The notes below the pieces were generated by a model. The model was given only the letters and a program-made list of their open reading frames with translations, had not been told where the DNA came from and made no database searches. From Salisapilia sapeloensis CBS 127946 (Eukaryota; Protista; Oomycota): DNA of 64,000 nt. The DNA is taken from positions 1 to 64,000 of the forward strand of contig JAADVB010000022.1 of NCBI GenBank assembly GCA_023334545.1, in the 5' to 3' direction. Position numbers and translations under genes: made by a program. This document shows, piece after piece, positions 58,378-64,000 of this stretch (positions are counted from its first letter, which is position 1; each line of letters starts with the position of its first letter).

Positions 58378-60834
58378 CTACTTGCGCCGTCGATAACGAC
58401 CTTTCGACTTGAACGACGCTGTTCCGCGACGTCCATTCCTCTTCTCCGACGGCGTCTTCTCCTTCTTCTCTTTCTTGTCCTCTTTCTCCTTGACCTTCTT
58501 CGGTCCCCTCTCCTTGCGCTCACTAAAGTCGACATCAAAGCCACCCTTCTTCCTCTTCTTCTCTCTCTCCGCTTGCTTCCGATCCGCAAGCTCGGCAATG
58601 CTCTCCTCCTGTCGTTTCTCGTTCATCTCCATCCGCTTCGCCTTCTTCGCGGCACCAGCAACATGCTTTTCCGTGAACGTCGATCCTTCGGCTTCAAGCG
58701 CCTTCTGTTCCTCCTTTCGAATGTCATGCAGTCTTCTCTTCTTCCGTCCCATCTGCTTCAGCTTCTCCTTCTCCTGCTGCGGCGTGAGACCCGTGGGATC
58801 CTCCTTGGCTTTTTCCTTCACCATCTTCTTCTCGCGCTCCGTCTGGAACCACGTACGAGCAGGTCGACTCTTGATCTCATCCTCGTGCTTAAGCATGTTA
58901 CTCGCTCTCGAGGCCTCTTTCTCTGCCTCTCGCATCCGCTTTTCTAACGTCTCTTCATGACGAATTTCCTTCACGTCCTCTTCCATCTTTTCAATCCGTT
59001 TACGCCATTGACTGATCACAGCATCTGGCACCGATCGACTCTTGACAAAGCCATGACAGTGTCGAGCCACTTGCTTCATTAATAGTCTCCTACGTTCACT
59101 CGTCAGCGTCACGGCTCGCCCCGTACGACCAGCACGTGCGGTACGTCCAACACGATGGACGTACGTCGTAAGATCCTTGGGCATCTCGTAGTTGATGACA
59201 CTGTGCACACCTTCGATATCGATACCTCGAGCAGCCACATCTGTACACAACAAGATGTCCACTTCACCACTACGGAATCGCTGGAGAGCTTCCAAACGCT
59301 CATGCTGCTGCAAGTTACCATGCAACTCGGCAGCGTTCAAGCCAGCTAATCCGAAGACAATCATCAGTCGATGAGCAGCGACCTTGGTCTCCATGAACAC
59401 GATCGTGTGGCTACGGAAGGTACGAGTGCAGAGCGCTAGTAAAATGGCTTCACGATCATCCTCTCGTTGCGGACGGATACGCACAAACTCCTGTACAAGC
59501 TGCTTGGACATGTCGAACAAAGGGTCAGTGCTGACACGCACAGGCGTCTTCATCGATAGAGAGACGAGCTGGTCCACCTTGGCCGTCATCGTGGCGGAGA
59601 AGAGCATCGTCTGACGCATCTCAGGACACAAGTTCACGAGTTCTGAGACTTCGTCCATGAAACCCATCTCGAGCAATCGATCAGCTTCATCTAGCACCAG
59701 GATTTCGAGCATATCTACGTGGACACTACGCGAGTTACGCAAGTGGTCGATCATTCGACCAGGCGTGCAGACAACCACGTCCGGACGAGAGCGGAGTTCA
59801 TTCTCTTGTGCCTGTAGCGGAAGTCCACCGACTGCAAGAGAGCATGAGATGTCCGTGAAACGAGCGAGTTGCTCCAGCATAGATTGACACTGCGTCGCCA
59901 ATTCACGCACGGGACAGATGATCAACACACGCGTCTCTTGTACTTTTCTAGACCGGAACTGGAGACGCTCGAGCGTCGGTAGAAGGAAGGCAGCGGTCTT
60001 ACCACTTCCCGTCTGCGCACTTGCACAAATGTCTTTACCAGCGAGAGCAATCGGAATGACACGCTGTTGGATGGGTGTCGGCTTGGAGAAGCCGAGTGCA
60101 TCCACTGCTCGAAGAAGAGGACGAGACAGCTTGAGATCTGTGAACGTAGCGAATTGCGTTTTGGCAAACTCTTCAGCTGCGAATGGGTCTTCCGCGAAGA
60201 ATTTCGCAGCTTTCTTTCGCTCTTCTTCATCCACTTCATCTTCATGCTGCACACGCGCATTCTTGGATTGAGATAGAGCTGACTGGAGACGTTCCTCCTC
60301 TTCGACCACTTCTTCCGAGTCACTGGATTCGTCCGAATCGCTCTTGTCGTCGGACGTGACATCCTTTTTCAAGCTTTGTCCAGTTTCTTTACGTCGCTTG
60401 TCGATCTTCGTCTGAATGGACGTTCGCTTGGCTGGACCAGAAGCTTCGTCCATGGCTTTCATGTTCGAAATGGCTTTGGTAAAGTCCCAGGAAGACGTGT
60501 GACCAGTAAAGTCGCCTCCATCGAACTCGAAGTCTTCCGTCAGTTCATTCTGTTCGGCTTCGTCCTCCACTTCTTCATCTTCCGAGCTTTCTTCCATCTC
60601 TGGTACCTAGACAAACTCGTTAGTTTATGACAATTTGTTTGTATTGCATTTGCAAGAGTCTACCTCATCGTCCGAAGCAATGGTCATCATCAAATCATCT
60701 TCTGGAGGTGGCGTAGGCTTCGTTTTGGCCTTAACCTCCTTCGCAGGCTTGGATTCAGTCTTTGTTGCCTTTGCAGGCTTCGTGTCCGCCTTGGTTGCCT
60801 TGGTAGGCTTACGACTCTTCTTGGTCTTAGCCAT
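58378..60834 (-). CDS. DDX27: DEAD-box RNA helicase DDX27/Drs1; 2 exons
   Basis: Q motif PTPIQ, AQTGSGKT, PVRELA, TPGR, DEAD, SAT, HRVGRTARAG and the DDX27 tail PARTWFQ. Exon 1 reads MAKTKK...MMTIASDDE. Confidence 0.94.
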
Positions 60835-61331
60835 GATAACAGACAAATGACTTGATGTCCATTCAAAGCATTTTATGGCATTTTGTAAAAAACTAAGCAA
60901 CTATATATGAGACGGCACCAGACGCAGACAAGCCAGGATGAGATGATGGAACTCAGGAGTGTCGCAAGCGATAGTCTTTACGCTCGATAAGCTATATGTA
61001 CTTGCGTAGGTAGATACCACCACGACGGAAGTGCGACTTGAATGACAGACGAAAGAACAGCCCATCTTTTGTCGTCTGCTTGGGCAGGGTTCAAGTCACG
61101 CACCCATTCTCTCCACTTCATCTCACCTACGTCCAATCCAATACTCCATACTATCCGCTGCGCCAATCCGTGCTTTCGCATTTGGTCAGCTATGTCGTCC
61201 TGAATTAACAGACACAGTCAGCTGGAAAGTGGAAAGCGTCCCGAAATCCAGGTTACCGCAAAACATCCGAACGATCGACGCGACGCTAGTGCTGGATCGA
61301 ACTCGCGGTCCATTTCCCATTTTCTCTCGTC

Positions 61332-62879
61332 ATGGGAAATCCTAGATCGCCGACGGTGCGTTTTGAAGAAGAAAAGGATGTGCCGCAGCATGCGTGGGAA
61401 CGTCGTCGGCCATCGCGTCGACCACCCACGACGACCAAGTCCAAGTCGCACAAGAACACCAGAGCGCACCCAGAGCAGTCGCTGCCAGCCTCGATATCTT
61501 CTGCACCAACGTCCACTCATTACGTCCATGATTCCAACTGGAAGAACATGCGGAAACCACATAACGTCAAACCGACGGCATCGTCTCATCCTTCGGGAGC
61601 TCGCATCTCGGACTTGTGCGAGGAAGATCGAGGCAAAGTCGCCAAGCTAGTCCATCGAATCGTCGAAGTACGCCATTCGATCCGTTTCAAATGATAGCAC
61701 CTTCGTAATGATATGATATAGATGGGTAAGATGCATGAAGAGAGTGCTGGTCAATGGCATCGAGATCGGAAGACACTCGAAACGGAAGTCCAGGAGCTAC
61801 GAACGTACGTAGAGACGAGTCATAAAGAGAAGGACCTGTTACTTTCAGACCTTCGAAATGCCAAACGTAAAATGCGGAGCTTCCAGGAACGTGTGCAGGC
61901 ACTTGAACAAAGTAATAATCAGGAAGTGCGTCATCGACAGACCACGCATGAAACCGTCGACATGTTAAAGGTCGAAGTGGGGAAATTGCGAGACCTCGTA
62001 CGTAAGCAGCGATCGGCGATGGATGCGAAAGTGAAGGAAGCGCAGCAGAAGTATGTCAAATCAGCAGAAAAGCTGCGTCAGCAACTAGAGCAGGCACAAG
62101 AAGAGCTAGAACAGGAACGACAGTTACGACAACAGGAGAAGCAGCAGCCTATAGAACCTCATGAAGCATCCGGAGGAACGGATACGTACTTGTCCCGATA
62201 TAAAGAAATGTCGTCGACGTGGAGTACGACACAAGAGATACCGGAGAGCGTCCGTGACTTTGTCCATGAGTGGAAACAACGAGCGGATGCTGCGATTGCC
62301 GAAGCCAGGCAACAGCCACCGGATCGTTTGGAAACGAGTATGATGTCTTTAGATCGAACGGCCATAGCTCCATACGAACGAAAAGAAGATAGTCCACAAA
62401 TGTCTGGTCTAGACGGACACAACGGGTCGGGTGGGAGCAGCCTGTCATTTCAAGATGACTTTGGTGGTGGAGACTGGTACGAAAGCACCTTGTTCGATAT
62501 GGTCGACGACCTGGATGAATCCAATCAGGAGGAAGAGGAAAAGTCACGATCAGTATCGAGAGACAGTCACGACCAGTCGCTTCGTCTGGAAAAGCTTCGA
62601 AGTGACCTACAAGCAAGAGAGGACCGACTGGCCAAGCTGCGTGACGAATACGAAAATTCCTGTCGGAAGAGTGTGACGGATGACGTGGCGTTGTTTAATG
62701 AAATTAAAGACGTGTACGGGGAAGACATCGCCCAGCAGCAGCATGAAGTACGTCGAAAGCATCGAGCTCGCGTCCAGTCTGGCGAGATTGGTCCGCCGAT
62801 GACGGCGCAAGAGCTGAGTATGCAGGAGGAGATGCGGGAGATGCTGCAAGAGCCGAGCTTTCGACAATTCCTGCGGTAG
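61332..62879 (+). CDS. Coiled-coil protein with a hinderin/KIAA1328-like motif; 2 exons
   Basis: ISDLCEEDRGKVAKLVHRIVE/MGKMHEE resembles the KIAA1328 motif (DLCxEDKxxIAxLI) and is followed by long heptad-rich segments. Confidence 0.6.
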
Positions 62880-62923
62880 AATGTGTACATTCTTATTTTG
62901 AAAGTAGATGAACGATTATTTGG

Positions 62924-63446
62924 TTAAACAAGCGTGTCATACTCGTTATATTTCTTAGAGGAACCTCGGACCTAACATAAGTGTTTGTAAATGGAATGGA
63001 TAGATCGTATAACTATGTTGTGTACCTTGTCAGCAGGGTATTTACGTGCATTCTTGACCATCTTGTCGTGGACGGCAGACGGAAGGTCGACATCGCACTT
63101 GTCTGCGAGTCGAATGAGATAAATCATAACGTCACTCAACTCTTCTCCGAGATGCTCTCGCTCGGCATCACTCCATTCTGTACAAACGTCAGGACTGTAT
63201 CATGTCTTGTGTGGTAAGCAACGTACCGGAAGGTGGATGGTCGTCTCCTTTCCACTGGAAACATTCACTCAGCTCGCCGACTTCCCCATTCATAGCCAGA
63301 AGTAGATTGCGTGGCGTATGGAACTGATCCCAGTCTCGTTCTTTCGCAAAGTGGTCAATCTTCTTCCGCAGTCCTTCGATCGTCGTGTCTTTTTCAAACT
63401 TATCCACTTGGACGTTCGGTGATACGTCCGTGTTATCTTCTTCCAT
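62924..63446 (-). CDS. DCTPP1: dCTP pyrophosphatase 1 (MazG-like); 3 exons
   Basis: FAKERDWDQFHTPRNLLLAMNGEVGELSECFQW, HLGEELSDVMIYLIRLADKC and KYPADK/VRGSSKKYNEY. Confidence 0.93.
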
Positions 63447-63687
63447 CTCGTCTACCTTGTCTTCGGAAGGCTGAATACACTTTTCGAGTCCGACTCCTGG
63501 ACCGATCGCGTGGTTATGATGTTCGTGTGCTCGAACTTTGACCCTGTAGGATTCTCCGTGTTGCTGTGCACAGGCGTAGATGTGGAATGGGCAGCCTAGA
63601 TCTCGATGGTGCGTTCTCTGACGCTTGCCCTGACTACGTGATCGGAACGGAATGCCGTGTGCACACTTGTACGTTTTTGAATAAAAG

Positions 63688-64000
63688 TCAGTGACAGGAG
63701 CTCGATCGTGTCGACCTAGTCAGATGCATGAGATTGAAACACGAGCGTATATACCTATAGAGCATACCCTTGGATACAGTCCGATTGTACACTTCAAATG
63801 TGATCGAAGACCGCTTGCGAATAGGATGATGCTGGGCAACAGCGCTCTTAATAGCGTTATCGAAGGAAGTCCAGTCGTCGTAAAAGGTATTGAAAAGCGG
63901 CGGCCAGGACGTGGATGATCTGACGGTTTCGAGTGTAGAAGGTGAGTCAGTAGATTCAGAGGGCACGACGTCGGTGGGCTCTGGGGTGCTCAGGTCCATC
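63688..64000 (-). other. Partial ORF resembling the N-terminal (FAR1/ZSWIM-like) region of oomycete MULE-related proteins; runs to the window edge
   Basis: FYDDWTSFDNAIK..HHPIRKRSSITFEVYNR is reminiscent of the F.SW..F....Y....R.S....RN pattern. Short and unconfirmed. Confidence 0.3.

Noticed and set aside
8448-60834. Functional cluster of RNA-processing genes (BUD23, SF3B3, cactin, DDX27)
   Set aside because: The genes are widely spaced and interleaved with unrelated ones, as expected in a housekeeping-dense region.

Overview
A gene-dense eukaryotic window, most likely from a flagellated oomycete (stramenopile). This is inferred from short GT-AG introns with CTAA branch points, a bactofilin, a GH30-ricin enzyme and a dynein-2 light intermediate chain. 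About 27 intact, mostly housekeeping genes are packed head-to-head and tail-to-tail: GH3 (partial), METTL21-like methyltransferase, GH30, alpha-tubulin, CDK7, bactofilin, BUD23, SRD5A3, SF3B3, PIG-H, AlkB, a Gly/Asn-rich membrane protein, a threonine deaminase-like gene, HUWE1-like HECT ligase, CDC123, SEC22, eIF2-alpha, GCLC, cactin, myosin, LCL3-like nuclease, DYNC2LI1, PSMB2, DDX27, a hinderin-like protein and DCTPP1. Three things stand out. (1) At about 53.8-56.1 kb (- strand) is a decayed, apparently spliced gene in which tandem PHD-like zinc fingers run in frame into a near full-length VMA1/HO-type intein (Hint plus dual LAGLIDADG endonuclease) with altered splice-junction residues; the ORF track shows only fragments of it. 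(2) One ORF fuses an SLC12/APC-type transporter to a complete two-pore channel. (3) A threonine deaminase paralogue has lost its PLP-binding lysine but keeps well-conserved ACT regulatory domains, so it is a probable pseudoenzyme or sensor. A rhomboid pseudogene and faint copia-like relics are also present. All family assignments come from motif recognition by eye; no database search was run.
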